A DNA stretch of 43,833 nt, from positions 1 through 43,833 of the forward strand of contig CAXTJZ010000001.1 of the NCBI GenBank assembly GCA_964244695.1, in the 5' to 3' direction. Both the position numbers and the translations under genes were made by a program. Within the stretch, counting starts at the first letter, position 1. Each line of letters starts with the position of its first letter. The stretch comes from an uncultured Acetobacteraceae bacterium (lineage in GTDB: Bacteria > Pseudomonadota > Alphaproteobacteria > Acetobacterales > Acetobacteraceae). This document shows, in pieces, positions 11,957 to 23,312 of this stretch. The notes beneath the pieces were generated by a model. The model ran no database searches and was not told the origin of the DNA. It worked only from the letters and a program-made list of their open reading frames with translations.

Positions 11957-11969
11957 CAGGAGATTTGCG

Positions 11970-12347
11970 GTGCCTATCGTCGAAAAGCTTGATGAGTATG
12001 GCAAGGGCGCCTGGATCGCGCTGATCATACTTGGGTTCTGGACCTTCTGGCCGGTTGGCCTGACGGCTCTGATGTTCGTGGTGTTCAGCGGCCGCGCGCG
12101 GGCATGGCGCTGCCAGTCCCGCGGGCAGTGGCACAACACCAACATGCGTGGCCGCGGCTGGGGGTTCGGCGGCATAAATTCCAGTGGCAACGCGGCGTTC
12201 GATGAGTATCGCACCGAGACGATCAAGCGGCTGGAGGACGAGCAGAAGGAGTTTGTCGAATACCTGGAGAAGCTTCGCCAGGCCAAGGACAAGCAGGAGT
12301 TTGACCAGTTCATGGCCGACCGCCGCGGCCGCGACGTACAAGCGTAG
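11970..12347 (+). CDS. DUF2852-like membrane-anchored protein
   Basis: AWIAL.ILGF..FWPVGL, SGNAAFDEYR.ET..RLE.EQ.EF..YL..LR.AKD..EFDQFM. SD AGGAG. Confidence 0.85.
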   Translation: MPIVEKLDEYGKGAWIALIILGFWTFWPVGLTALMFVVFSGRARAWRCQSRGQWHNTNMRGRGWGFGGINSSGNAAFDEYRTETIKRLEDEQKEFVEYLEKLRQAKDKQEFDQFMADRRGRDVQA

Positions 12348-12460
12348 AAAGCAAGGCGCGCCTCCAGAACGGGGCGCGCTTTTCGCGTGGAGTCCGCGAC
12401 AGCGGAGTCAAAAGTTTTTTGCTTCTTTTTTGCAAAAAAGAAGGCCTTCCTTTCTCTCTT
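12345..12460. repeat. palindromic element, right arm intact, left arm replaced by a GC hairpin
   Basis: CGCGACAGCGGAGTCAAAAGTTTTTTGCTTCTTTTTTGCAAAAAAGAAGGCCTT. Confidence 0.88.
12356..12383 (+). terminator. putative intrinsic terminator
   Basis: GCGCGCCTC-CAGAAC-GGGGCGCGC followed by TTTT, just after the stop at 12347. Confidence 0.55.
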
Positions 12461-12510
12461 CCCGAGCCTGTCGTAGGTAGAGAAAGAGAATAGAAGGACT
12501 CGCCCCAAAC

Positions 12511-13800
12511 ATGTTCCTGGGCAGCATCGCGCATCTGGGCCGCCGCTGGCGGCAACGAAACGGGCCGATGCCGGAACCAGCCGTGGATGGCGTGATCGAC
12601 GAGTCGAGCGCCGATCACGTGGCCGGCTGGATGATGGATCCTGCCGACCCCGTCAGACGCGTGCCATATGAGGTGGTGTGCACGCAGACTGGACGGATCC
12701 TGGGATCGGGTGTGGCCGACCAGTTCCGGCATCACCTGAACTGGCAGGGTATCGGCGACGCGGCGCATGGCTTCCACGCGCGGCTGTCCGCACCGCCGGC
12801 GATGCCTGGCGCTGTCACGGTGCGCCCGATCGGCGGACGCACCGGATTGCCCGTTACGGGCAAGCCGCGCACCAGTTTCGAGCCGTTGCTCCATGTGGCG
12901 ATGGATCTGGTCGACAATTGCAACCTGCGCTGCCCGTTTTGCTTGTATGATTACGCCGGCACGAACACCACGCACTTCATGACGGAACAGACGCTGGCAT
13001 CCGCGCTGCGATGGCTGCCTTACGTCCGCGACGGCCAGTTCTGGTTTTCCTGCCTGCACGAGCCGACGTTGCACCCGCAACTGACCGCGTTCATCGACAC
13101 TGTGCCGCCAGAATACCGCAGGAAAGTATTCTACACGACGAACCTGGCCAAGCGCATGCCGGATTCGTATTTCGCCTGGCTTGCCGAAAGCGGGCTCTAC
13201 AACATCAACATCTCGATCGAAAGCCGTGACCCCGCGGTTTACGAGCGCATGCGCAAGGGTGCGCGGCACCGGATTTTCCAGGAGAACTGGGACAAGCTGC
13301 TCGCTGCTTTCGCGCGCGTCCCCGCGCCGCCGAAACTGCGCTACATAGCCATGGTCTACAAATCCAACATCGACGAGTTGCCTGAGCTGGCAAGCTATCT
13401 GATAGAGGAACGCAGCGCATGGTTAGTGGAGTTCCGCTACACCTTTGACATGCCCTATATTCCTGCCGAGTTCAGGGCTGCCGAGTTCCTGGATGCCGCA
13501 GACTGGGTGCGCCTGCGTGAACGCCTGCCGGCTTATCCGGCAGACCGCCTGCTACTTCTGGCACCGCCCGAGCCGCGAAGCGCCGCCGCAGCGCAGGCGT
13601 TGCTGGACGATTCGACGCCGTGTCTGCCGGACTACTACATGTTCCGCGTGTCCTGGGATGGGAGTTTGCGCGTTGCTGGCATTTCGCCGAAAAGCCGCTA
13701 CGGCGGCGCGATAGAACGCGAAATGCTCGTCAGCAACATACACGAGATCGGCGACGCGCGTGGCTTCATCGACAGCCTGTCCAGCTTCGTCCGCGCATGA
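12511..13800 (+). CDS. radical SAM protein with extra N-terminal domain
   Basis: CNLRCPFC (CX3CX2C), EPTLHP, TTN, INISIES..P.VYE.MRKG. Start could be 12568. Confidence 0.85.
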   Translation: MFLGSIAHLGRRWRQRNGPMPEPAVDGVIDESSADHVAGWMMDPADPVRRVPYEVVCTQTGRILGSGVADQFRHHLNWQGIGDAAHGFHARLSAPPAMPGAVTVRPIGGRTGLPVTGKPRTSFEPLLHVAMDLVDNCNLRCPFCLYDYAGTNTTHFMTEQTLASALRWLPYVRDGQFWFSCLHEPTLHPQLTAFIDTVPPEYRRKVFYTTNLAKRMPDSYFAWLAESGLYNINISIESRDPAVYERMRKGARHRIFQENWDKLLAAFARVPAPPKLRYIAMVYKSNIDELPELASYLIEERSAWLVEFRYTFDMPYIPAEFRAAEFLDAADWVRLRERLPAYPADRLLLLAPPEPRSAAAAQALLDDSTPCLPDYYMFRVSWDGSLRVAGISPKSRYGGAIEREMLVSNIHEIGDARGFIDSLSSFVRA

Positions 13801-15167
13801 GGCTCGGCCGCCCGGCCGCATGGTTATGTCCGAGTATCTGCTGCTGCCTGATGCTTTGCGTCATTCTGGCCTATGCGGCGCTGTTGCCGCGTGCGCGCTG
13901 GCAGGGCGACGAGTACATGGTGTTCGCCCTGCTGCGCGAGGGCGGCTGGGGCTACTTCCTGCATTGGTATCTCACGTGGAGCCCGCGCCTGGTCTCCAAC
14001 CTGTTCTACGGAACCTACGGCGCCATCGTCCTGGCTTTGCACAGGCCGCTTGCCGGAAGCTGCATGGCGGTCCTGTGGACTGGGCTTGCTTGCGCCTGCC
14101 TGATTCCCGCCTGGCGCACAGACCGTGATCGGCTGCCTCGCCTGCTGGCCGGGCTAAGCCTGTTTGCCCTTTTCCTGGTTGGGCACAGCGTCACTGAAGT
14201 GTTCTACTGGCCATCCGGCGGCCTGTCCTACGTTCCGACGCTGGCCGGCGCCGTGTGGTTGTTCTGGCTTCTGCTCGATGGGCTTGGCACGCGGGTTTGG
14301 CGTCACGTGGCCGCCGCGCTCGCGTTGTTTGTCATCGCCGGTTCCAGCGAAGTCGGCGTCTTCACTTGCCTGAGCATCGCCGTCTGCGTTGCCTGTGTGC
14401 AGCTCCGCGTAGCTTGGCGGCATTCGATATGGATGTTGCCGGGTGTGGTTGTAGCGCTGGCCGATCTGGCGCTGGTTTTGCACGGGCGCGTCGGAACGAT
14501 CGAAGGCAGCGGTGATCCTTTGGTGCTGCATAACGCCGGCGCTGCGCTGCTACGCGCGATACCGGCCTTTGCAAGTAATTTTGGGCGGCCGGATCTTCCG
14601 GGCGGCGCTGCGTTGTCCGCCCCGCTTTCCATCGCATCGCGTGTCCTGATCGTTATGGGCGCGCACTGGACACTTGGGAAGACACGCGCGCCTGGCGGCC
14701 TGCTGCCGGCGTTTGGCGCGGCCTTGCTGCTCGCGGCTTTCGCCTCGCTGGCGAGCGGCTACTTCCAGTTCGGCCGCCTCTGCTGCGCGCGGCACGATAC
14801 CATGCGCGCCTGCTTCATCACGCTGGCGGCGGCCGCGTTCGGCGCTGCCTGGCCGCGTTACCGCCCGAACACCGGCGCCGCCGCGTGGGCAACAGCGGTT
14901 CTTCTGTTGTTCCTCCCCGCGACACCGGCTTTGCTCGCGGATTACCGGACGATGGACCGGGCGATCTCGGCACGGGCGCAGAGCTGGACCTCGGGCAAAT
15001 CATCAGGCGACACGATGGTCTTTATCATCGATCCACCAGGCCGTGTCTTGAACGGCTGTGGCTTCACCCCTGGCTTTTCCACGGCTTCGGCTGATCTTGC
15101 CTGGTGGAAGCAAGGAATTTTACAATTTTTCGGTAAACGGAGCGTTATGATCGAAGTGGCGAAGTAA
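13797..15167 (+). CDS. polytopic membrane protein, possible GT-C-type glycosyltransferase
   Basis: ATGA overlap with the radical SAM stop, many hydrophobic segments, acidic motif WQGDEY after TM1, WSPR, EVFYW. Confidence 0.6.
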   Translation: MRLGRPAAWLCPSICCCLMLCVILAYAALLPRARWQGDEYMVFALLREGGWGYFLHWYLTWSPRLVSNLFYGTYGAIVLALHRPLAGSCMAVLWTGLACACLIPAWRTDRDRLPRLLAGLSLFALFLVGHSVTEVFYWPSGGLSYVPTLAGAVWLFWLLLDGLGTRVWRHVAAALALFVIAGSSEVGVFTCLSIAVCVACVQLRVAWRHSIWMLPGVVVALADLALVLHGRVGTIEGSGDPLVLHNAGAALLRAIPAFASNFGRPDLPGGAALSAPLSIASRVLIVMGAHWTLGKTRAPGGLLPAFGAALLLAAFASLASGYFQFGRLCCARHDTMRACFITLAAAAFGAAWPRYRPNTGAAAWATAVLLLFLPATPALLADYRTMDRAISARAQSWTSGKSSGDTMVFIIDPPGRVLNGCGFTPGFSTASADLAWWKQGILQFFGKRSVMIEVAK

Positions 15168-15307
15168 GAGAAGCAATCAGCTCTTTTTCGCAGGAAAGGA
15201 ACCAGAAACTTCTACTCCTGTCGACGGCTTGCCGCATAACTCCGTGACATTGGGGTCAAAGCCTTTCGCTTTTTTCTTCAGAAAAGAAGGGCTTGCTCTC
15301 TTGCCTA
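15164..15307. repeat. palindromic element, diverged full copy between convergent stop codons
   Basis: GTAAGAGAAGCAATCAGCTCTTTTTCGCAGGAAAGGAACCAGAAACTT...TTCTTCAGAAAAGAAGGGCTTGCT. Confidence 0.8.
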
Positions 15308-16669
15308 ATGCAGCTTCACCCCCGGCTCTGGCCGCCTGCTCACGAAGCTCGTCAGCGTGCGCCAGATCATCGAGCCGTGCCCATGCAGCGCCGCCTGGTG
15401 CATCGCGTAGAGCGAGCGATACATCATCCGTGCGAAATAGCCCTCGATGAACAAGCCGCGCCCGACCGCAAATCCCATCAGGTTGCCCACAGTTGTATAG
15501 CGCCCCAGCGAGACCAGCGAGCCGAAATCCCTGTAGGTGAACGGCTTAAGCGGCCTGTCGTCCAGCCGCAGGTTAATCTGCGCGATCATGTGGCTGGCCA
15601 TCTGGTGCGCGGCCTGGGCGCGCGGCGGCACGCCGTGGGGGAACCCCTCGCGCGGGCAGGCGGCGCAGTCACCGATGGCGAAGATGTTCGGGTCCTGCGT
15701 AGTCTGTAACGTCTGTTCCACCACGAGCTGGTTGATGCGGTTCACCTCCAAGCCGAGGTCGGCGAGGAAATCGGGGCCTTTCACGCCGGCGGACCAGACG
15801 ACGAGCTCGCTCGGGATCACCTCGCCGCCGTCCAGCACCACGCCGTCCGCGCGCACTTCGGACACGCGGGCGCCGGTGCGCACCTCCACGCCGAGAGTCC
15901 CCAGCAGCTCCGCGGTGGAGGCGGACATGCGTTCGGGGAGCGCGGGCAGGATGCGCGGCGCGGCCTCTATCAGGATGATCTTCACGTCGCGCGCGGGGTC
16001 GATGCGCGTCATGCCGAAGGCCACCACCTCGCGCACCGTCCGGTGCAGTTCGGCGGCCAGTTCCGTGCCTGTGGCGCCGGCGCCGATGATGGCCACGTGC
16101 AGCTGGCCGGGCCGCACCGGCTCCGGCTGGGCGTTGGCGCGCAGGCAGGCGTTCACCATGCGCTTGTTGAAGCGCGTGGCCTGCTCGGGCGTCTCCAGCG
16201 GTACGGCAAATTCGGCAGCACCCGGCGTGCCGAAATCGTTGGTCACCGAGCCCACGGCGATCACCAGCGTGTCGTAGGGAAAGCTACGCTGTGGCGTCAC
16301 CTCGCGGCCTTCGTCATCGACAGTGGCGGCGATCTGGATTTCACGACGCACCCTGTCGATGCCGGCCAGTGCGCCGAGGCGGCAGGTGAAGTTGTGCCAG
16401 CGCGCCTGAGCCAGGTAGTTCAGCTCGTGCTGGGAGCGGCGCATGCCGCCGGCGGCGATGGCATGCAGCAGCGGCTTCCAGATGTGGGTGCGTGACTTCT
16501 CCACCAGAGTCACTCTCGCTTGGCCGCGCTTGCCGAGCGAGTCGCCCAGCTTGGTGGCCAGTTGCAGGCCGGCGGCGCCGCCACCCACCACGATGATCTG
16601 GTGCAGGTCCGTGCTGTGTGCGTTGCCGCGTGGCGGGATCGGACGTTCGGTGGTGACCATGTCGGGCAT
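15305..16669 (-). CDS. ndh: type II NADH dehydrogenase (NDH-2)
   Basis: IIVVGGGAAG, HIWKPLLH, YDTLVIAVGS, IIGAGATGTELAAEL, IFAIGDCA, PPRAQAAHQMA. Start at 16669 or 16660. Confidence 0.9.
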   Translation of the reverse strand: MPDMVTTERPIPPRGNAHSTDLHQIIVVGGGAAGLQLATKLGDSLGKRGQARVTLVEKSRTHIWKPLLHAIAAGGMRRSQHELNYLAQARWHNFTCRLGALAGIDRVRREIQIAATVDDEGREVTPQRSFPYDTLVIAVGSVTNDFGTPGAAEFAVPLETPEQATRFNKRMVNACLRANAQPEPVRPGQLHVAIIGAGATGTELAAELHRTVREVVAFGMTRIDPARDVKIILIEAAPRILPALPERMSASTAELLGTLGVEVRTGARVSEVRADGVVLDGGEVIPSELVVWSAGVKGPDFLADLGLEVNRINQLVVEQTLQTTQDPNIFAIGDCAACPREGFPHGVPPRAQAAHQMASHMIAQINLRLDDRPLKPFTYRDFGSLVSLGRYTTVGNLMGFAVGRGLFIEGYFARMMYRSLYAMHQAALHGHGSMIWRTLTSFVSRRPEPGVKLH

Positions 16670-16697
16670 CTTGGGTTCCGGGATCTGCGATCTGAGA

Positions 16698-16845
16698 GTA
16701 AGGCAAGGAAGGCCTTCTTTTTTGAAAAAAAAGAAGCAAAAAACTTCTGCTCCGCTGTCGCGAACCTCCCGGTGAGGCCGCGACAGCGGAGTCAAAAGTT
16801 TTTTGGTTCTTCTTTCCAAAAAAGAACTGCTTTCTTCCTTGCTTC
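16698..16845. repeat. AT-rich palindromic element, full copy between divergent ndh and recF
   Basis: Both arms plus the internal CTCCGCTGTCGCG...CGCGACAGCGGAG hairpin. Confidence 0.95.
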
Positions 16846-16860
16846 GTGTAGGCACTCCGG

Positions 16861-17985
16861 GTGCTGACCCTGACCCGTCTGGTCCTGACCGACTTCCGCA
16901 ACTACGCCGCCCTCACTTGGTGCCCCTCAGCCAAGATGGCCGTGATCACCGGCCAGAACGGCTCCGGTAAGACGAACCTGCTGGAAGCGATCGCGCTTTT
17001 GAGCCCAGGCCGCGGCTTCGGCCGGTCCCGCCTAGTGGAGATGGCGCGCCACGGCGGGTCCGGCATCTGGGCGGTGGCGGGCCGGCTGACGGATGGCGCC
17101 ACGCAGACAGATATTGGCACCGGCTTGCTGGCGGCCGGTGGCGAGCGGCGCGTGTTCCGGCTGGACGGCGCCGAGCCGCGCAATCAGGCCGAGCTCGCCG
17201 CGCGAATCGCCACGATCTGGCTGACGCCGCAGATGGACACGCTGTTTGCCGAGGGCGCCAGCGGGCGCCGGCGCTTCCTGGACCGGCTGGTCTGGGCGCT
17301 GGAACCGGGCCATGCGCGTGAGGTCTCCGCGCACGACACGGCGTTGGCCGAGCGCCGCCGCGTGCTGGCCGCCGCACGCCAGGCTGGCACGCGGGCCGAT
17401 CCGGCCTGGCTGTCCGGGCTGGAGGAAGCGGTGGCACGGCATAGCGTGGCCGTCTCGGCCGCGCGCGCCGGGTTCGTGGCCCGGCTGAACGCGGCGCCAG
17501 CGGCTTCAGCCATATTCCCCCGCGCGCGCCTGGCCTTGGACGATAAGGTGGCGGACCGCCTTGCCACGGAGCCGGCTCTGGCGGTGGAAGGCTGGCTGCG
17601 GGCCGAGCTTGCGGACAGGCGCAGCGCGGATGCTCCGGCAGGAACCAGCACGCTCGGGGCGCATCGGGCGGACATGCGGCTGATGGATGCGGCCACGGGG
17701 CTTTCCGCGCAGCAGGCCAGCACGGGGGAGTGCCGCGCCATGCTGATAGGCGTGGTTCTGGCCCATGCGGCCCTGATCACCGAGGCGCGCGGCATCGCGC
17801 CGCTGCTTCTGCTGGACGAGCCGGCGGTGCATCTGGATGCGCAGCGCCGGTCCGCACTTTGGCGCGAGCTTGCGGGGCTATCGGCGCAGGTGTTTTTGAC
17901 CGGGACCGACGCGGAGGTTTTTGCCCCCTTGCGAGGGGGGGCGGAGTTTGTGCGGACGGGCGGGGGCGGGTTGACGGCGGAGTGA
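16861..17985 (+). CDS. recF: DNA replication/repair protein RecF
   Basis: L.DFRNY, Walker A GQNGSGKTNLLEA, RRRFLDR, STGE, LLLLDE...HLD. Upstream of gyrB. Confidence 0.93.
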   Translation: MLTLTRLVLTDFRNYAALTWCPSAKMAVITGQNGSGKTNLLEAIALLSPGRGFGRSRLVEMARHGGSGIWAVAGRLTDGATQTDIGTGLLAAGGERRVFRLDGAEPRNQAELAARIATIWLTPQMDTLFAEGASGRRRFLDRLVWALEPGHAREVSAHDTALAERRRVLAAARQAGTRADPAWLSGLEEAVARHSVAVSAARAGFVARLNAAPAASAIFPRARLALDDKVADRLATEPALAVEGWLRAELADRRSADAPAGTSTLGAHRADMRLMDAATGLSAQQASTGECRAMLIGVVLAHAALITEARGIAPLLLLDEPAVHLDAQRRSALWRELAGLSAQVFLTGTDAEVFAPLRGGAEFVRTGGGGLTAE

Positions 17986-18057
17986 GGGAACCAGGACCTT
18001 CTTTACTCTGCCCTGTGGAGAACCCGAATTTTTAGACACGGCTTGTGAGCTTACTAT

Positions 18058-18265
18058 TGAAGGAGGCAAGGAAGGCCTTCTTGTTCGAGAAAAAGAAGTA
18101 AAAAGCTTTCGCGAGCGCTGTCGCGGACCTTCCCACGAAGCCGCGGCAGCGGAGTCAAAAGGTTTTTGGTTCTTTTTTCAAAAAAGAACTGCTTGCCTTA
18201 CTTTCTTCCGGTGATCGCAGAAAAGCAGATTATATTGGAAGAAAAGCAAGAAATCTTTGCTCCCT
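18058..18265. repeat. palindromic element, full copy (18058-18209) plus a decayed extra arm (18217-18265) upstream of gyrB
   Basis: GGCCTTCTTGTTCGAGAAAAAGAAG...GGTTCTTTTTTCAAAAAAGAACTGCTTGCCTTAC, then AAAAGCAAGAAATCTTTGCTCCCT. Confidence 0.88.
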
Positions 18266-18312
18266 ATCTGCGAGCGGGCAGCCGGAAGCCGACCCTGGCT
18301 TCGGGGGCTTGA

Positions 18313-20811
<2,499 letters not shown>

Positions 20812-20877
20812 ACAGATGGGGTCTGGAGCCTCAAAGCCCAGGGAATTGGGGCAGCCTCTTAAGCCGGAGAAGACCGC

Positions 20878-21228
20878 GTGAGTCGTATAGTCCGCACTGA
20901 GCCAAACGCAATACTATCGAAGGCTGTAGAGTATCACGGCTTCGTCTACACCCAAGGCATGGTGGCCCGCGACTCGTCGGCTGACATCACTGCGCAGGTG
21001 ACCGACGTGCTTAAGCAGATTGACGAGGTGCTGGAGCTGCACGGCACCGACAACACCCGCATCTTGCAGGCGCAAATATGGCTGAAGAGTATCGGCGACC
21101 GCGGTGCGCTCAACCAGGTGTGGTCGGCTTGGTTACCCGAAGGACACGCACCGGCCCGGGTCTGTGTCCAGGCGGAATTGGCCGATCCCGCATTACTTGT
21201 TGAGATCATGATCACAACGTGTAAGTGA
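20878..21228 (+). CDS. RidA/Rid family protein (YoaB-like)
   Basis: S.AV.Y.G.VY, LNQVW..W.PEG.APAR.CVQA.LA.P..LVEI. SD GGAG. Confidence 0.88.
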   Translation: MSRIVRTEPNAILSKAVEYHGFVYTQGMVARDSSADITAQVTDVLKQIDEVLELHGTDNTRILQAQIWLKSIGDRGALNQVWSAWLPEGHAPARVCVQAELADPALLVEIMITTCK

Positions 21229-21460
21229 CAAATGTGTCAACGAGGCCACGCTATGGCAAAAGTAACACAAAAAATTACACATTGTTTCGTTTGGTGAAAT
21301 AAGGTAAAAATAGGATAAAAGACCTATTTCTGACGCTCCTGCACAGCGTCAACTTGGTTAATGTCATCTGGAATCGCTGAGCTGTGATCAAAGTGGTTGC
21401 CAGGGTTGCGCTCCGGTTGTTACCGCCTGTGTCAGTTTTTATGGCTTTCACGGGGGGCGC

Positions 21461-22177
21461 ATGTTCGCTGGCGGAAAAAACATCGCGGTTATGAGCGCTC
21501 TGGTTGCATCGGCCGTGACGGCTGGCGGCAGCCAGGCGATAGCACGCGGCGGCCGGCATCACCTTACGCACGCCCATCACAGCCACTACGCCGTTTACGC
21601 CGCCGTGGAGCAACCGCACGTCATCCAGTGCGTAGCCTTCGCCAAAGCCGATGCAGGCATCCTGATTTCCGGCAATGCGCGAGATTGGTGGACGAATGCG
21701 GAGGGCGTCTACGAGCGCGGCAGCCGGCCGGAAAACGGCAGCGTGCTGAGCTTCCGCCCGAACGGCCGCATGCCGCTGGGCCACGTGGCCGTAGTGACCG
21801 GCATCGAGGACAGCCGCACCATCGTCATCGACCAGAGCCACTGGAACAGCAACGGCATCGCGCGCGACGTCGAGGTGAAGGACGTGTCCGAGGATAACGA
21901 TTGGAGCGCGGTGCGCGTGCAACTCGGCCGCGGCGACGGCTTCGGCAGCATCTACCCGACGCACGGCTTCATCTATCCGCGGGCAGACCACGGCGTCATG
22001 CAGGCCAACGTAACCCACGCGCCGATGCCTGTGCTGGATCCTGCGCCGGCCGATCTGCGCCGCACCTACAGGGCGCCCCACCAGGCGGCACTAGAGGTGG
22101 CCGAGGCGCCGGAGCGGCCTCTCGATTTGCGCGTGGGCGGGCTGTCGTTCGACGCGCCGAGCCGAGGCCTGCAGTAA
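21461..22177 (+). CDS. CHAP-domain secreted protein (putative peptidoglycan hydrolase)
   Basis: Signal peptide, IQCVAFA, GNARDWW, GHVAVV, YPTHGFIYP. Confidence 0.85.
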   Translation: MFAGGKNIAVMSALVASAVTAGGSQAIARGGRHHLTHAHHSHYAVYAAVEQPHVIQCVAFAKADAGILISGNARDWWTNAEGVYERGSRPENGSVLSFRPNGRMPLGHVAVVTGIEDSRTIVIDQSHWNSNGIARDVEVKDVSEDNDWSAVRVQLGRGDGFGSIYPTHGFIYPRADHGVMQANVTHAPMPVLDPAPADLRRTYRAPHQAALEVAEAPERPLDLRVGGLSFDAPSRGLQ

Positions 22178-22319
22178 CGGAGCAAGCCGTCCCGTTCTAA
22201 GCTTGCGCCCTGCCGGGCGCGATCTGTGCATTACCCGCTTGCTTGCGCCTGGTGCTGCGCCCTGTCCGGCCGGACGATGCGCCTGCGGTATCTACACTCA
22301 AAACCCCAGCGGTCAGCCG

Positions 22320-22658
22320 ATGGCTTCTTTCGTGGCCTGCCCCTTCACGACCGGGATAGCAATCGACCGCATCGCGCAGGCACGTACCGGCGTGGCGGGC
22401 GGGACAATGTTGCCGTTTGCCATCGAGCGCCTGTCGGACTCGGCATTTCTCGGCTGGCTCAGCATGACGCGCACCGGCCGGCGCCGCGCGCTTCTGAGCT
22501 ACTGGCTAGGCGAGTTACACCAAGGCCGGGGTTACATGCGCGAAGCTTTGGCGGCTGCACTGCCCGCCTTGTTCCGTATCTTGGACGTGGACACCATTGA
22601 GGCGGAAATACAGTCCGGAAACGCTACATGCCTGGCGCGTCCGCAGGCGCACGGCTAA
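22320..22658 (+). pseudogene. degenerate RimJ/RimL-type GNAT fragment
   Basis: SYWLGELHQGRGYMREAL...IEA.I..GN then an early stop. No recognisable N-terminus. Confidence 0.5.
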
Positions 22659-22678
22659 ATCTTGCGCCGGCCAGAATG

Positions 22679-23248
22679 CTAGGCCTTGGTGTCCAAGCCC
22701 GCCGTGCCTTCCGCCTTCGCGACCACGACCATCGCCGGCCGCAAGAGTCTACCGTTCAGCGTCCAAGCCCGGCTCCAGGACTGCACCACCGTCCCGGGCG
22801 GCTGCTCGGCAGTCGGCTGCTCGGCCATCGCCTGGTGCAGGTTCGCGTCGAACGGCTTGCCTACCGGGTCGTCGGCCTGGATGCCGTTGCGCTCCAGAAG
22901 CGCGACGAAGCTCCGCTCGACACCCTCGAACCCGTCGCGCAGCTTGATGACAATCTCCGGCTCCCCGGGCGAGGCTGCCGGAAGGCTCGAGATGCCGCGA
23001 CGCAGGTTTTCGGCGGCCTCCACCACATCCTTGGCAAATTTCTGCACGGCATACTGGCGCGTCTCGTCCACCTCGCGGCGGCCACGCGCCTTTATGTTCT
23101 GGGTCTCGGCCTCGGCGCGCACCCATTTGTCGCGCATCTCGTCGCGTTCTGCTTCCAGCTCGGCGATGCGCCGCGCGGCCTCGCTCATCAGGGCCTCTGG
23201 GCCTGCCGTGTCGGCGGCGGTTTCGGGCTGTTCGAACGTGTCACTCAT
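22679..23248 (-). CDS. grpE: nucleotide exchange factor GrpE
   Basis: RA.AE..N.K.R, FD.N.HQAM, LNGRLLRPAMVVVAK. Downstream of hrcA. Confidence 0.95.
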   Translation of the reverse strand: MSDTFEQPETAADTAGPEALMSEAARRIAELEAERDEMRDKWVRAEAETQNIKARGRREVDETRQYAVQKFAKDVVEAAENLRRGISSLPAASPGEPEIVIKLRDGFEGVERSFVALLERNGIQADDPVGKPFDANLHQAMAEQPTAEQPPGTVVQSWSRAWTLNGRLLRPAMVVVAKAEGTAGLDTKA

Positions 23249-23256
23249 GCTGTCGC

Positions 23257-23285
23257 AGGTAAGCGATCCGGGTTGTCGTAACAAG
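23257..23285 (-). promoter_or_regulatory. possible RpoH (sigma32) promoter of grpE
   Basis: Minus strand CTTGTT-N16-CTTACCT, similar to the alphaproteobacterial RpoH consensus CTTGAA-N16-CCTATAT. Confidence 0.4.
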
Positions 23286-23312
23286 AGCGCGCTGATGCTA
23301 GGCGTCAGGCGC

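Noticed and set aside
16670-16855. Repeat-encoded N-terminal extension of NDH-2
   Set aside because: The frame is open, but ATGs at 16669 and 16660 follow the element and fit the normal protein, so there is no support for the upstream start.
21229-21460. Replication origin near recF-gyrB
   Set aside because: No convincing DnaA-box cluster, and no dnaA or dnaN in the window.
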